DNA from: Bryobacter sp.
Lineage (GTDB): Bacteria > Acidobacteriota > Terriglobia > Bryobacterales > Bryobacteraceae
NCBI GenBank assembly: GCA_044376335.1
Contig: JBIPMY010000001.1
Location: 1 to 59,072 of the forward strand
Length of the DNA: 59,072 bases
Reading direction: 5' to 3'
The position numbers and the translations under genes were made by a program. The notes below the pieces were generated by a model that ran no database searches, had not been told where the DNA came from, and saw only the letters and a list, made by a program, of their open reading frames with translations. Below, piece after piece: positions 28,754 to 37,818 of the stretch (position 1 is the stretch's first letter; each line of letters begins with the position of its first letter).

Positions 28754-29536
28754 TTATAGGGTGTTCTGGCGGCGCTTGAGGTAGGCTGCAGCGAGTAGCC
28801 CAACGCTGAACATGGCGTAGGTGGAGGGTTCTGGGACGTCGGAGCCGATGGCGAAGTTGTAGCCGCCGCCACCCACATTTCCGGGAAGACGATGCTCGGT
28901 GGAGTAGGTAATCAGGGAGATGTCCTGGTTGGTGAGGAACATGAGTGCGCCAGCGCTATCGTTGGCGGCCGGCCCAATAAAGTTGTAGGCGTTGCCAGTA
29001 AAGCTGTAGGGGACTGGGTTCAGGGATGCAACACTGTCGATCCCGTCGAGTAGTGACGCATCCAGGAAGCCAAGCAGCCCAGATCGCTGTGTCAGCCAAG
29101 CAGATGTGATGAGATTGCCGCTGGCATCAAAGGCTCTCATGTTGTTCAAGTTCTCGCGGCTGTCGATGTCCAGGAGTCCGAAAATGGTTCCCGTAGGCAT
29201 ATAGCCATTGCCCAGGCCAGTAAAGTTGATCTGGCCATCAAAGCTCTCGCTGCTGTCGTTATACGATGCCCCGAGCATGGGCAAGACTCCCCCGGCATTC
29301 AAGGGGTAAAGGCTCGCAAAGGAGGGCGTGATCAGGGTTGAAATACTGTTTGGGGCCAGCCCCGGACTGCCGCTAGCGATGCCGGCATTCACATTCGTTC
29401 TGGTGGCGACAATGGTGCCGCCGTTGAAGGTGCCGTTTACCTGATTGGTTGGCACGACTGTAGACCACTCGACCCATGCCGCCTGCGTGGGCAGAATTGT
29501 GATTGCCGCCAGGGCGGCAAGTTGAATTGTTCTCAT
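28754..29536 (-). CDS. PEP-CTERM sorting-domain protein
   Basis: AAGGAG RBS, signal peptide MRTIQLAALAAITILPTQA, C-terminal VPEPSTYAM + TM + KRR. Confidence 0.9.
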   Translation of the reverse strand: MRTIQLAALAAITILPTQAAWVEWSTVVPTNQVNGTFNGGTIVATRTNVNAGIASGSPGLAPNSISTLITPSFASLYPLNAGGVLPMLGASYNDSSESFDGQINFTGLGNGYMPTGTIFGLLDIDSRENLNNMRAFDASGNLITSAWLTQRSGLLGFLDASLLDGIDSVASLNPVPYSFTGNAYNFIGPAANDSAGALMFLTNQDISLITYSTEHRLPGNVGGGGYNFAIGSDVPEPSTYAMFSVGLLAAAYLKRRQNTL

Positions 29537-29620
29537 TGAGAAGCTCCTTGAAAAAAGTTGTGCGAAAGGTTCCGTACACTTTTTCACTGCGCAAGGGGCA
29601 GAGAACAGGGGCCAATGTTT

Positions 29621-30760
29621 TTAGATTGTTTTCAGGCCGAGCAGTTTTGCTGCGTTGTTGTAGTAGACCTTCTTCAAGATGGCTGGCGGCAGGCCGATGC
29701 CGTAGATCTGCCAGCGGCCCTGGGGCGGGACTGGGGCGGGCGCGTAGTCGAAATACTCGTCTTCGGTTTCGAGGAAGCGGTAGTAGATGTCGTAAAGCTT
29801 GTCGCCAAAGATCTGCTGCGGGGTCTCGATTCCGTTGGGGACGGCGTCGGTGCCGAAGACGATGCGGTCTTGATACTTTTCGAAGAACTTGCGGGAGGCC
29901 CGTGGTTGTCGGCCGAGCTCGCCTACTCGGGCTGCGATGTCGACATGCAGGTTGGGGTATTTGTCGAGAGCGGCGCCTACGTTGCCGAGGTCTTCAGCAA
30001 AGTTGCCGACGTGAAGAGCTACGAATTTTGTTTTGGGGTGGCGAGCGAAGACGCGGTTGCGGGCTGCGAGTAGCTCGTCGTTGGATGGGAAGTCCCTGCC
30101 GTGGAAGGACCAGTCCGGGTGATTGTTCAACTCTTCAAAGCGTTCATTGAAGCGATCGGTGGTGTTGAAGAAGGCAATCGGGTCTGAGACATGGATGGCT
30201 ACAGGCAGGCCGAGGCGTCCGGCGGCGTCCCACATTGGGTCAAAGCGCGGGTCGTCTACCTTGAGCAGCTTGCCTTTCTCTCTGAGATAAAGGCCCAGAG
30301 TTTTTAAGACCTTCAGCCCGCGGGCGCCGTTCTGTTTGGCTTCCTCGAGCAGCGCTACCTGCTTCTTGTCGTAGCCGGGCTCTGTTGCCATGGCCCAGGC
30401 GGGTTCGGTCATGGTGAGGAAGCGGCCAGGATGGGCTTTGTCGAATTTGGCGACAGACTGCTTCAGGCCCTCCTGATAGCCTCCGGTGAGGTTGACGAGG
30501 GTACGAATCTTCTTGCGATCCATGACGGGGAGGAGGTCTTTGGGCTCGCAGATGAACTTGCGATCTCCGGTGAGGGAGACGCCGTTTTCTCCCTGTGCCG
30601 ACCAGCTTAGATGCGCGTGGAAATCGATTACGGGGAAGGCAGGCCCGGCGAGCGTAGTCTCTTTCACCTTCAGCATGGACTTCGGTTCGAAGTCTTGGAG
30701 CGGCAGTTTCTGTTGGGCAAAAGCGGCGGTAGCGGAGGCAAGAAAGAGTCTTCGTTGCAT
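29621..30760 (-). CDS. Amidohydrolase_2 family protein, Tat-like signal
   Basis: Start MQRRLFL; IDFHAH, PVAIHVSDP, ELGRQP, FGTD. Confidence 0.88.
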   Translation of the reverse strand: MQRRLFLASATAAFAQQKLPLQDFEPKSMLKVKETTLAGPAFPVIDFHAHLSWSAQGENGVSLTGDRKFICEPKDLLPVMDRKKIRTLVNLTGGYQEGLKQSVAKFDKAHPGRFLTMTEPAWAMATEPGYDKKQVALLEEAKQNGARGLKVLKTLGLYLREKGKLLKVDDPRFDPMWDAAGRLGLPVAIHVSDPIAFFNTTDRFNERFEELNNHPDWSFHGRDFPSNDELLAARNRVFARHPKTKFVALHVGNFAEDLGNVGAALDKYPNLHVDIAARVGELGRQPRASRKFFEKYQDRIVFGTDAVPNGIETPQQIFGDKLYDIYYRFLETEDEYFDYAPAPVPPQGRWQIYGIGLPPAILKKVYYNNAAKLLGLKTI

Positions 30761-30782
30761 AGTGAATTCCCTTAAGCGTAGC

Positions 30783-31685
30783 TCATCTATCTGGCCGCGC
30801 CTGTCTGCGATAGACACTTGGGGCGACACCCAGAACTCGTTTGAATGCACGGCTGAAGGCGAACTCAGAATCATAGCCAAGCCTGGTTGCCGCCTCAACG
30901 ACGGAAGCTTTCTCTTCGACAAACATCTTTGCGGCCAGACGCATGCGCCAGGCCGTGAGATATCCCAATGGGGCCTCGCCAAAAGTTTCGGTAAAGCGTT
31001 TGGCAAAGACGGCTCGCGAGAGCCCGGCAGCGTGCGCCAGAGTCTCTACCGTCCAGGCCCTGCCGGGATCGGAATGCATCTGCTGCAGGGCAGAAGAAAG
31101 GGCAGGATCGCTCAAGCCTGCCATCCAGCGATTTTGAGAACAACCCTTGTTGCCCCAGGCTCGCAAGGTGTAAAGCAGCAGCGCGTCGAAAAGTGTTGGG
31201 AGGAGTGCTTCTCCGCCCGGGCCGGGCCGCTCGACCTCGGCCAGCAACAATTCGATCACCGAGCCCAGGGCCTGGTTAGCACGCAGTTCGTCTGCACGAA
31301 AATGCACCACTTTGGGTAAGGACCGGATTAGCGGTAAAGGCCGCAGAGCTCCGCTTTGATAGGCCCCGCAGACGAGCCCGCCAACCACCTGACTACCGGA
31401 TTTCTGCTTGCGAGCCAGCACCACATGCAAGTCTTCCGTCTGGCCGTCGCGCGAGTGCACCAACTCGTGAGCTTCGCCACCGGGCAAGAGCACATAGTCG
31501 CCATTCCCCAGCGGCAAGGGCTCTTCCCCTGCGCAGCGCAACCAGCAGGTGCCCTCGCTCACCACGTGAAACATGCAATCGCCAGATGCCGGGATCGCCA
31601 CGCCCCAGGCGTCGGCAAAACGGCTTCGCGCCAGCAGCAGCCCCCGGGTTTCCAGCACGCGCAGCCAATCGCTGAGTACATCCAT
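30783..31685 (-). CDS. AraC-family regulator with N-terminal cupin
   Basis: MDVLSD.L start; WTVETLA..AGLSR..FA.RF; LGYDSEFAFSRAFKR..G.AP. Confidence 0.93.
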   Translation of the reverse strand: MDVLSDWLRVLETRGLLLARSRFADAWGVAIPASGDCMFHVVSEGTCWLRCAGEEPLPLGNGDYVLLPGGEAHELVHSRDGQTEDLHVVLARKQKSGSQVVGGLVCGAYQSGALRPLPLIRSLPKVVHFRADELRANQALGSVIELLLAEVERPGPGGEALLPTLFDALLLYTLRAWGNKGCSQNRWMAGLSDPALSSALQQMHSDPGRAWTVETLAHAAGLSRAVFAKRFTETFGEAPLGYLTAWRMRLAAKMFVEEKASVVEAATRLGYDSEFAFSRAFKRVLGVAPSVYRRQARPDR

Positions 31686-31768
31686 AAACTCAGATTACAA
31701 GACGATCAGGCATGTATTCAATACAAAGTGGCAGCATCCATCTTGGCTTTGTTGCCATCCTACCCAAC

Positions 31769-32593
31769 ATGAAGCAACGCATTCTAGTTTTAGGCTCTAC
31801 CGGCAACGTCGGAAAGCCCCTTGTTCAAGCCTTGACCGATGCCGGGGAAACCGTGGTGGCAGCCTCTCGCAACTCCGCTGTAGCGCGCCTCGATTACAGT
31901 GACCCAAGCACCTTTGCTCCCGTCCTTGAGGGAGTAGATCGGGTCTTTATCGTTTCGCCTCCCGGACATTATGCTGCAGATCAGCTTTTGGCCCCATTTC
32001 TGGAAGAAGCCTTCAAGCAACCCCGCAAATTTGTACTGCTTTCGGCCGACGGCGTTCAGTTCAACAATGAAGCTGCCTTGCGCAAAGTGGAGCTGAAGAT
32101 CGAAGCTTCCGGACATCGTTATGTCTTCCTGCGGCCCAACTGGTTTATGGATAACTTCCACACCTTCTGGCTGGCACCGATTCAGGCCGCAGGCATCATC
32201 CCCGTGCCGGCTGGTGAGGCGAAAAGCGCGTTTATCGATGCGCGTGACATTGCGGCTTCTGCCTTTGCCGCGCTGACAAGCGACCGCTTCGACAATCAGG
32301 CGTTTTCACTATCTGGCCCGGAAGCGTTGACTTACAAAGAAGCTGCCGCCATCTTGTCGCGCCATGCCGGAAGAACGATCGAATACCAGCACGTGGAAGA
32401 CGAGGCATTCATCGCCTCTCTGATGAATGCTGGAATGCCGAGGGACTATTCGGAATTTCTCACCAGCCTCTTTGGCTTCGTGCGGCAGGGCTATGCGAGC
32501 ACAGTGACTGATTCGGTGAAGACTTTAACCGGCAAAGCGCCCATCAGCCTGGAAGAGTATGCAAGCCGGAACGCTGGTTTCTTTCTGCCTTAA
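31769..32593 (+). CDS. NmrA-like / atypical SDR NAD(P)-binding oxidoreductase
   Basis: GSTGNVG, LRPNWFMDN, FIDARDIA, LSGPEALT; divergent from the AraC gene. Confidence 0.9.
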   Translation: MKQRILVLGSTGNVGKPLVQALTDAGETVVAASRNSAVARLDYSDPSTFAPVLEGVDRVFIVSPPGHYAADQLLAPFLEEAFKQPRKFVLLSADGVQFNNEAALRKVELKIEASGHRYVFLRPNWFMDNFHTFWLAPIQAAGIIPVPAGEAKSAFIDARDIAASAFAALTSDRFDNQAFSLSGPEALTYKEAAAILSRHAGRTIEYQHVEDEAFIASLMNAGMPRDYSEFLTSLFGFVRQGYASTVTDSVKTLTGKAPISLEEYASRNAGFFLP

Positions 32594-32661
32594 GCGGACT
32601 CTCGAAAATCAAATCAGCAGATTCGATCTGACACCGATATTCTGGTTGTAGAGAGATTCTG

Positions 32662-33030
32662 ATGTTTGAAGTGATTGTGGAGCAGCAGTTTTCTGCTGCT
32701 CATTATTTGAAGGATTATCCCGGCAAGTGCGCGAATGTGCACGGGCATAACTATCGTGTGCAAATCACGGTGGAGGGAGAGACGCTGGACCATCTGGGGA
32801 TGGTGATCGAGTTTGAGGTGATCAAGCAGGCAGTAAAGGAGTGGATCGACAAGTTTGACCACGGCTTTCTGAACGAGATAGCACCTTTTGACAAGATCAA
32901 CCCGAGCTCGGAGAACCTGGCGAAGTTTTTCTACGATGTCGTCTCAGCAGCTATTGCAGGGTCTGCGGCACGGGTTACTTATGTGAGGGTGTTTGAGACG
33001 GAGAAGTGTTCAGCGGCATACCGGCCCTAG
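32662..33030 (+). CDS. queD: 6-carboxy-5,6,7,8-tetrahydropterin synthase
   Basis: FSAAH, C.NVHGHNY, DH.FLN, PSSENLA, ET. Confidence 0.95.
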   Translation: MFEVIVEQQFSAAHYLKDYPGKCANVHGHNYRVQITVEGETLDHLGMVIEFEVIKQAVKEWIDKFDHGFLNEIAPFDKINPSSENLAKFFYDVVSAAIAGSAARVTYVRVFETEKCSAAYRP

Positions 33031-33045
33031 CCGGGGTGAAAATAC

Positions 33046-33080
33046 AACGAGGCTGTAGCCGGGATGGCTACAGCCTCGTT
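33046..33080. terminator. Likely bidirectional terminator hairpin
   Basis: Perfect 15-bp stem AACGAGGCTGTAGCC / GGCTACAGCCTCGTT with 5-nt loop, between convergent queD and ferredoxin. Confidence 0.8.
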
Positions 33081-33096
33081 CGATTTTGGACGTGTA

Positions 33097-33357
33097 CTAG
33101 CGACCGAAGTAAGCGGCGTTCTTGGGTGTAAAGTCAGCCCATTTCTCTGGCAGATCATCGAGGGCGAAGATCGCTGAAACGGGGCAAACCGGCACACAAG
33201 CACCACAATCGATGCACTCTACGGGGTCGATGTAGAGCATGGTTTCGGCTTCAAACTTTTCGGAGTCTTTCTTTGGATGGATGCAGTCCACCGGGCAGGC
33301 GTCCACACAAGCTGTATCTTTTGTCCCAATGCAGGGCTCTGCAATCACGTATGCCAT
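33097..33357 (-). CDS. Ferredoxin (7Fe/FdxA-type)
   Basis: CIGTKDTACVDACPVDC and CIDCGACVPVCP. Confidence 0.95.
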   Translation of the reverse strand: MAYVIAEPCIGTKDTACVDACPVDCIHPKKDSEKFEAETMLYIDPVECIDCGACVPVCPVSAIFALDDLPEKWADFTPKNAAYFGR

Positions 33358-33383
33358 TTCCTCATCAGATTAGCATGAGATGG

Positions 33384-34370
33384 CTATAAATGCTTTCTCA
33401 GGAAAGGCCAGACCAGCGAGCCGCGGAACTCGTGACCTCCTTCGAATTCTTCAAAGACGAATTTATCCTTTGCTCCTGTCTTTTCATAGACAAGGGCGGT
33501 ACGTTTGGCGGCGGCCCGGCTTTTGTCTATAGGCAGGCCTTTATCGTTGGTGCCTCCCTGAACCTGGAGCGGGCGGGGGGCGATGAGGGCAGCAACGTCG
33601 GGGGGCGCCATATCCATGAGACGGCCTTCGGTTTTGCCGTCTGTGATTGCGGGCTGATCGGAAAAGCTGCAACTGGCAACGACAACTCCGATGCGTGGCT
33701 CGAGGGCAGCAGTATAGAGCGAGTAGTAGCCGCCGTAGGAGAGACCGATCATGGCGATGCGTTTCGGGTCGATTTCCGGGCGCTTGAGGAGTTCGTCGAG
33801 GGCGAGCGAGATCTTTTGCACTTCGACGGCGGCGAGGCTGGTGCCGACGGCACGGAATTTTTCGTCCAGTATCTTTCGGACCTCAGGCGGGATTACGGTG
33901 CCGTTGTCGCGATCGCGGAAGGGATACATGACTGTGAGGGGTGCATAGACGATGTAGCCCTCTGAGATGGCACCGCGGACCTGGTCTTTGTAGTTGGTGC
34001 CGCCATTGAAGGTGGCCATCTCGGGGGTGCCACCGCCGCCGTGCTGCGAGATCACGAGGGGGGCGCGTTTGGCGATCGGCTTTTTGGGCACGATATAGAG
34101 CCCGTAGACTTCATCGCCATCGGTGAGGGGCAGGTAGCTTCGGTAGTAGTTGGCGATGGAGTCTTCGCCGGATTTTTCGAGACGGAGCGGACCGGTGGCT
34201 TTGAGTGAGTGAACCGGGTAGCCGATGCGGTGACGGAGGAGTTTGCGATTGGCGTGGAGGTCTGTTTGCTGCCAGAGCTTTTCGCGGAGAGCCATTGTGT
34301 CGAGGAGCTTCTCCTCGTAGAGCTGTTGGGCGGAAAGCAGCAGAGTGAGGAGGGCACGCGTTACGATCAT
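33384..34370 (-). CDS. Secreted alpha/beta hydrolase (dienelactone hydrolase-like)
   Basis: Signal peptide, HGGG, GLSYGG nucleophile elbow, IAPRPL, GGHEF. Confidence 0.85.
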   Translation of the reverse strand: MIVTRALLTLLLSAQQLYEEKLLDTMALREKLWQQTDLHANRKLLRHRIGYPVHSLKATGPLRLEKSGEDSIANYYRSYLPLTDGDEVYGLYIVPKKPIAKRAPLVISQHGGGGTPEMATFNGGTNYKDQVRGAISEGYIVYAPLTVMYPFRDRDNGTVIPPEVRKILDEKFRAVGTSLAAVEVQKISLALDELLKRPEIDPKRIAMIGLSYGGYYSLYTAALEPRIGVVVASCSFSDQPAITDGKTEGRLMDMAPPDVAALIAPRPLQVQGGTNDKGLPIDKSRAAAKRTALVYEKTGAKDKFVFEEFEGGHEFRGSLVWPFLRKHL

Positions 34371-34384
34371 GAGACCCACTTTAT

Positions 34385-35371
34385 ATGAATACGGTAGTCT
34401 TCTTTTTCACTGGCGGAACGATTTCGATGAAGGTAGATCCGGTGCTGGGTGGTGCGGTGCCGGCGCTTTCGGGTGAGGAGATTTTGGCCCATGATCCGGA
34501 GCTCTTTCGCCTTGCGAATCTGGAGGTGGTGAACTTTGGCCGGCTGGCCGGGCCGCAGGTAACACCTCAACATATGTGGGATCTGTCGGAACAGATACGT
34601 GTAGTGCTGGAGAGGCCGGAAGTATGCGGGGTAGTGGTTACGCATGGCACAGACACGCTGGAGGAGACAGCCTTCTTTCTCGACTTGCGGCATCACTCGC
34701 CGAAGCCGGTGGTGGTGATTGGAGCGATGCGGAATGCCTCTGAGCTCTCCTACGATGGCCCAGCCAATGTGCGGGCGGCGGTAAGGGTGGTTAGTGACGA
34801 GGGAGCCTGCGGGCAGGGTGTGCTTGTGTTGCTCAACGAGACGATTCATGCGGCAGCCCATGCCACCAAGATGGACACGCAAGCCATCGATACTTTTCAA
34901 TCGCCTGTGTTTGGGCCTTTGGGAATCGTCGACAAAGACCGGGTTTATTTTGCGCGGATGCTGAAGTACCGGCAGACGATTGACACCTCTGCGCTTGAGT
35001 TGCGGGTGGATCTCTTTCAGATGTATGCAGGGGCGGATGGGCGTTTTATCGATGCCGCAAGACAGCAGGGCGCGCGGGGGATTGTGATTGAAGGAACGGG
35101 GCGAGGCAACGTGCCACCGATGACGTTACCTGCGATTCAGCGGGCAATCGATGCGGGCCTGCCGGTTTTGCTGGCGACGCGCTGCGCACAGGGGCGGGTG
35201 CTGGATGCATACGCTTACGAGGGGTCTGGTAAGGATCTGCGAGATCGAGGTGTGATTTTTGCCGGAAGTCTGACTGGTGCGAAGGCGCGAATCCTGTTGA
35301 TGCTGGCACTGGGAATCACGAGTGATGTCAGGGAGTTGAAGGGTCTGATTGAGGCGGGTCAGTACTTTTAG
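34385..35371 (+). CDS. L-asparaginase
   Basis: TGGTI, HGTDTLEETA, DGP.N, GTGRGN, KARILL. Confidence 0.95.
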   Translation: MNTVVFFFTGGTISMKVDPVLGGAVPALSGEEILAHDPELFRLANLEVVNFGRLAGPQVTPQHMWDLSEQIRVVLERPEVCGVVVTHGTDTLEETAFFLDLRHHSPKPVVVIGAMRNASELSYDGPANVRAAVRVVSDEGACGQGVLVLLNETIHAAAHATKMDTQAIDTFQSPVFGPLGIVDKDRVYFARMLKYRQTIDTSALELRVDLFQMYAGADGRFIDAARQQGARGIVIEGTGRGNVPPMTLPAIQRAIDAGLPVLLATRCAQGRVLDAYAYEGSGKDLRDRGVIFAGSLTGAKARILLMLALGITSDVRELKGLIEAGQYF

Positions 35372-35525
35372 CGGGCTCAAAGCCGCGGCAGTGGTAAACC
35401 GGAAGGCGGGGATACTTTGGGAAACTGGGATCGTCTTTGGCCCGGCCGCAATGATAGAAGGTGCTGCCGCGATCGTTGACGATACGGCGGACGTGCGCGC
35501 AATTCCCACACAAACCGGGATTCAT
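35328..35525 (-). CDS. Small four-Cys hypothetical protein
   Basis: GAAGGA RBS; GLC..C.H...RGS.FY.C.....D..FPKYPRLPV..C.G; fills the gap between flanking genes. Confidence 0.65.
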   Translation of the reverse strand: MNPGLCGNCAHVRRIVNDRGSTFYHCGRAKDDPSFPKYPRLPVYHCRGFEPAKSTDPPQSDPSTP

Positions 35526-35559
35526 GTCCTTCTGTTATCATCGCCCCACGTGAGAAGTT

Positions 35560-35988
35560 ATGCCGGTACAAAGTAATAATAATCATGAACGCTGGGACCC
35601 CTGGTATCACTTTTTTCTTTCGCCGGTGATGCTGCTGAATGTTGTTTATTGGGGAATGAGGCTGGTGCGGGAGCCAGATTTGAACGTGGCCTGGGGATTT
35701 ATCGTAAGTTGTGGGCTAGTGATTGCAGTGCTCAAATTGCGTCTCAATGCCTTGCGTGTGCAGGACCGTTTGATCCGGCTGGAAGAACAGATGCGCGTGA
35801 GAAGGCTGTTGGGCAATGAAGATGCCAGCTGGGTGGAAGGGGTAACCGTTGAGCAGTGGATCGGGCTGCGATTTGCCTCTGATGGAGAGGTAATCGGATT
35901 GGCTCGCAGAGCGCTGCAGGAGAAACTGGGGCAGAAAGAAATCAAGGAGGCAATCCGGGAATGGCGTCCGGACGAGTATCGCGTATGA
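35560..35988 (+). CDS. DUF6526-family membrane protein
   Basis: Two TMs, ALRVQDRLIRLEE, LRFASD, IK.AI..WRPD..RV. Confidence 0.8.
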   Translation: MPVQSNNNHERWDPWYHFFLSPVMLLNVVYWGMRLVREPDLNVAWGFIVSCGLVIAVLKLRLNALRVQDRLIRLEEQMRVRRLLGNEDASWVEGVTVEQWIGLRFASDGEVIGLARRALQEKLGQKEIKEAIREWRPDEYRV

Positions 35989-36461
35989 AACAGATTTTTG
36001 TAGTTTTGATTTGTGGCTGGCTGGCCTCATGTGGAGGGAGTGCACCGGTAGAGGAAGTGAAGAAGCCCGCGCTGCCAGACCTGCCTCGCGCGATTGCAGA
36101 AGACGTGCGCTTTCCTTCACCCAACAGAAAGAGCATTGGAGTTGTAACGGCTCCGATGCTGGGACTGTCCTACCTCGGTGGCGGCAACCTGGCCGAGTAT
36201 GAAACGGGGAAGCAGAAGTACAAGCTGCTGCTGATTCGTTGCCGCAATGCAACCCAGGCAGGGAGCTACATCTTTGACATCAAGAACCAGATGAAGGAGC
36301 CGAAGTTTGTGGCCTCTTATGGGGGCTACTTCGACGCGGCAACCAGCGCCGGGCCACTCTTTGTGTTTGCCAAGGGCAGCTACATCGGCGGCATTGCGGG
36401 GCTGAACGAAGAAGAGGCGATTCAGGCAGGCAAGGAATTTGCCGCGCGAATTCCTTACTAG
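35985..36461 (+). CDS. Hypothetical lipoprotein
   Basis: ATGA overlap with the upstream gene; lipobox LASC after a hydrophobic stretch. Confidence 0.75.
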   Translation: MKQIFVVLICGWLASCGGSAPVEEVKKPALPDLPRAIAEDVRFPSPNRKSIGVVTAPMLGLSYLGGGNLAEYETGKQKYKLLLIRCRNATQAGSYIFDIKNQMKEPKFVASYGGYFDAATSAGPLFVFAKGSYIGGIAGLNEEEAIQAGKEFAARIPY

Positions 36462-36877
36462 TTGCTGGTGTGGTCGTGAATGAACTTCCAGCCTTCTTTG
36501 GTTTTGTGACCAATCAGGGTCCAACGTCCGGAAGCCGGGCCTCCGCCGGCTTGTGTGCGGTCGAGTACGAACTTGCCGATGACGAGCGCGTAATCTTTGC
36601 CGAGCATTTTCACTTCAACCTCTTCAAAGAAGAGCGTGCCCATGTGGACCTTGTCGGGATAGTTGGTGTGATATCGCTGGAGGACGCCGTCGTAGCCACG
36701 CGAAACGTTCTTACCTACAAAGGTGATGGCAGGGGATTGCTCATAGGCCCTGACGAACTCGTTGATGTCGCCGCGGTTCCAGGCTTTGGTTTGATCGTCG
36801 AGAACTTTTTTGATTGCGGCTTCATCGCCTGCCGCAGTGAGGGAAAGAGCAAAAGCCAATACAAGAATCAATCTCAT
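36458..36877 (-). CDS. Secreted NTF2-like/DUF4440 protein
   Basis: Signal peptide, AWNRGD...F, MGTL.F, WKFIHDHTS. Confidence 0.88.
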   Translation of the reverse strand: MRLILVLAFALSLTAAGDEAAIKKVLDDQTKAWNRGDINEFVRAYEQSPAITFVGKNVSRGYDGVLQRYHTNYPDKVHMGTLFFEEVEVKMLGKDYALVIGKFVLDRTQAGGGPASGRWTLIGHKTKEGWKFIHDHTSN

Positions 36878-36894
36878 GCCCGAAACTATAGCTT

Positions 36895-37785
36895 GTGAGT
36901 GAGCTCGAACGCAAAATCGCCGAACGAATCGAAGGGGAAGGACCCATCCCGTTTTCGGTGTTTATGGACATGGCTCTCTATGACGAAGAGCTTGGATACT
37001 ATCGCGGGGATCCGTTTGGTAAGGATGGGGACTTCTTTACGGCATCGCAGTTGCAACCAGTGTTTGGAGCTTATGTGGAAGCAGTTGCGCAAAAGCTTAT
37101 GCCAGGCTTTGAACGCTTTGTTGATGTTGGAGCAGGACGTTGTGAGCTGAGATCGAGCTTTGAGGATGACGTGTACCGGGGTGTTGATGAAGGGCAGAAA
37201 ATTCCCAAATCAAAAAGCGCGATTTTGTTTTCGAACGAATTGATCGATGCGATGCCTGTGGACGTCTATGACGGCGATGTGATGTTGAAGGTAGCGCGGC
37301 GGGATGAGCGATTTGTCTGGTGGCCGCATGGCCCGGGAGAAGATGTGCGTGAGGTGCGCAATGGTTTAGGCGCGCATCTTCATGAGGCTTATGAAGCAAT
37401 CGAAGAAGGCTTCTACATTCTTATCGACTATGGGTATCGAAAACTTGAGAGAGCAAGGTTTGCGAGTGGATCGTTGATGAGTTACCGGAAGCACGTGGCA
37501 AGTGATGAGGTGTTGGTTGAGCCTGGGAAGCGAGACATCACGGCGCATGTGGATTGGGATTCGCTGATCGATGTTGCCGCTCGCGTTGGGTGGGGAGTGG
37601 AATCGTTTGAGAGCCTGCGGGCTTCCATGTTGAGTCTTGGGCCAGAAGTGCTGGAGAGCCTGAATTTATTGGGTGAAATGCAGTTCAGAACATTGTTGTT
37701 TTCGTTTGGAGAGAGCTTTGATGTTTTGATTTTGAGCAAGAAGAAGGGCCCCGTTTTGGCGGGGCCCGGTTTGGTTGATAAGTAA
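36895..37785 (+). CDS. MidA/NDUFAF7-like SAM-dependent methyltransferase
   Basis: FM.MALY....GYY, GDF.TA, GAG, SNEL.DA.P, IDYG, PG.RDITAHVDW. Confidence 0.88.
   Translation: MSELERKIAERIEGEGPIPFSVFMDMALYDEELGYYRGDPFGKDGDFFTASQLQPVFGAYVEAVAQKLMPGFERFVDVGAGRCELRSSFEDDVYRGVDEGQKIPKSKSAILFSNELIDAMPVDVYDGDVMLKVARRDERFVWWPHGPGEDVREVRNGLGAHLHEAYEAIEEGFYILIDYGYRKLERARFASGSLMSYRKHVASDEVLVEPGKRDITAHVDWDSLIDVAARVGWGVESFESLRASMLSLGPEVLESLNLLGEMQFRTLLFSFGESFDVLILSKKKGPVLAGPGLVDK
37746..37767 (-). terminator. Probable terminator of the histone-like gene
   Basis: 8-bp stem GGGCCCCG / CGGGGCCC followed on the minus strand by TTCTTCTTG. Confidence 0.6.
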
Positions 37786-37818
37786 AGATCGCACGCTCTT
37801 ACGAGCGCAACCGAAAGA

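Noticed and set aside
29537-29620. Sigma-54 promoter for the PEP-CTERM gene
   Set aside because: The TTGGC...TGC spacing does not fit GG-N10-GC.
30761-31006. N-terminal extension of the Amidohydrolase_2 ORF
   Set aside because: Overlaps the AraC gene out of frame; the signal peptide and RBS point to a start at 30760.
32594-32661. preQ1 riboswitch upstream of queD
   Set aside because: Only a short CAGAT/ATCTG hairpin; the preQ1-I stem, loop and A-rich tail are absent.
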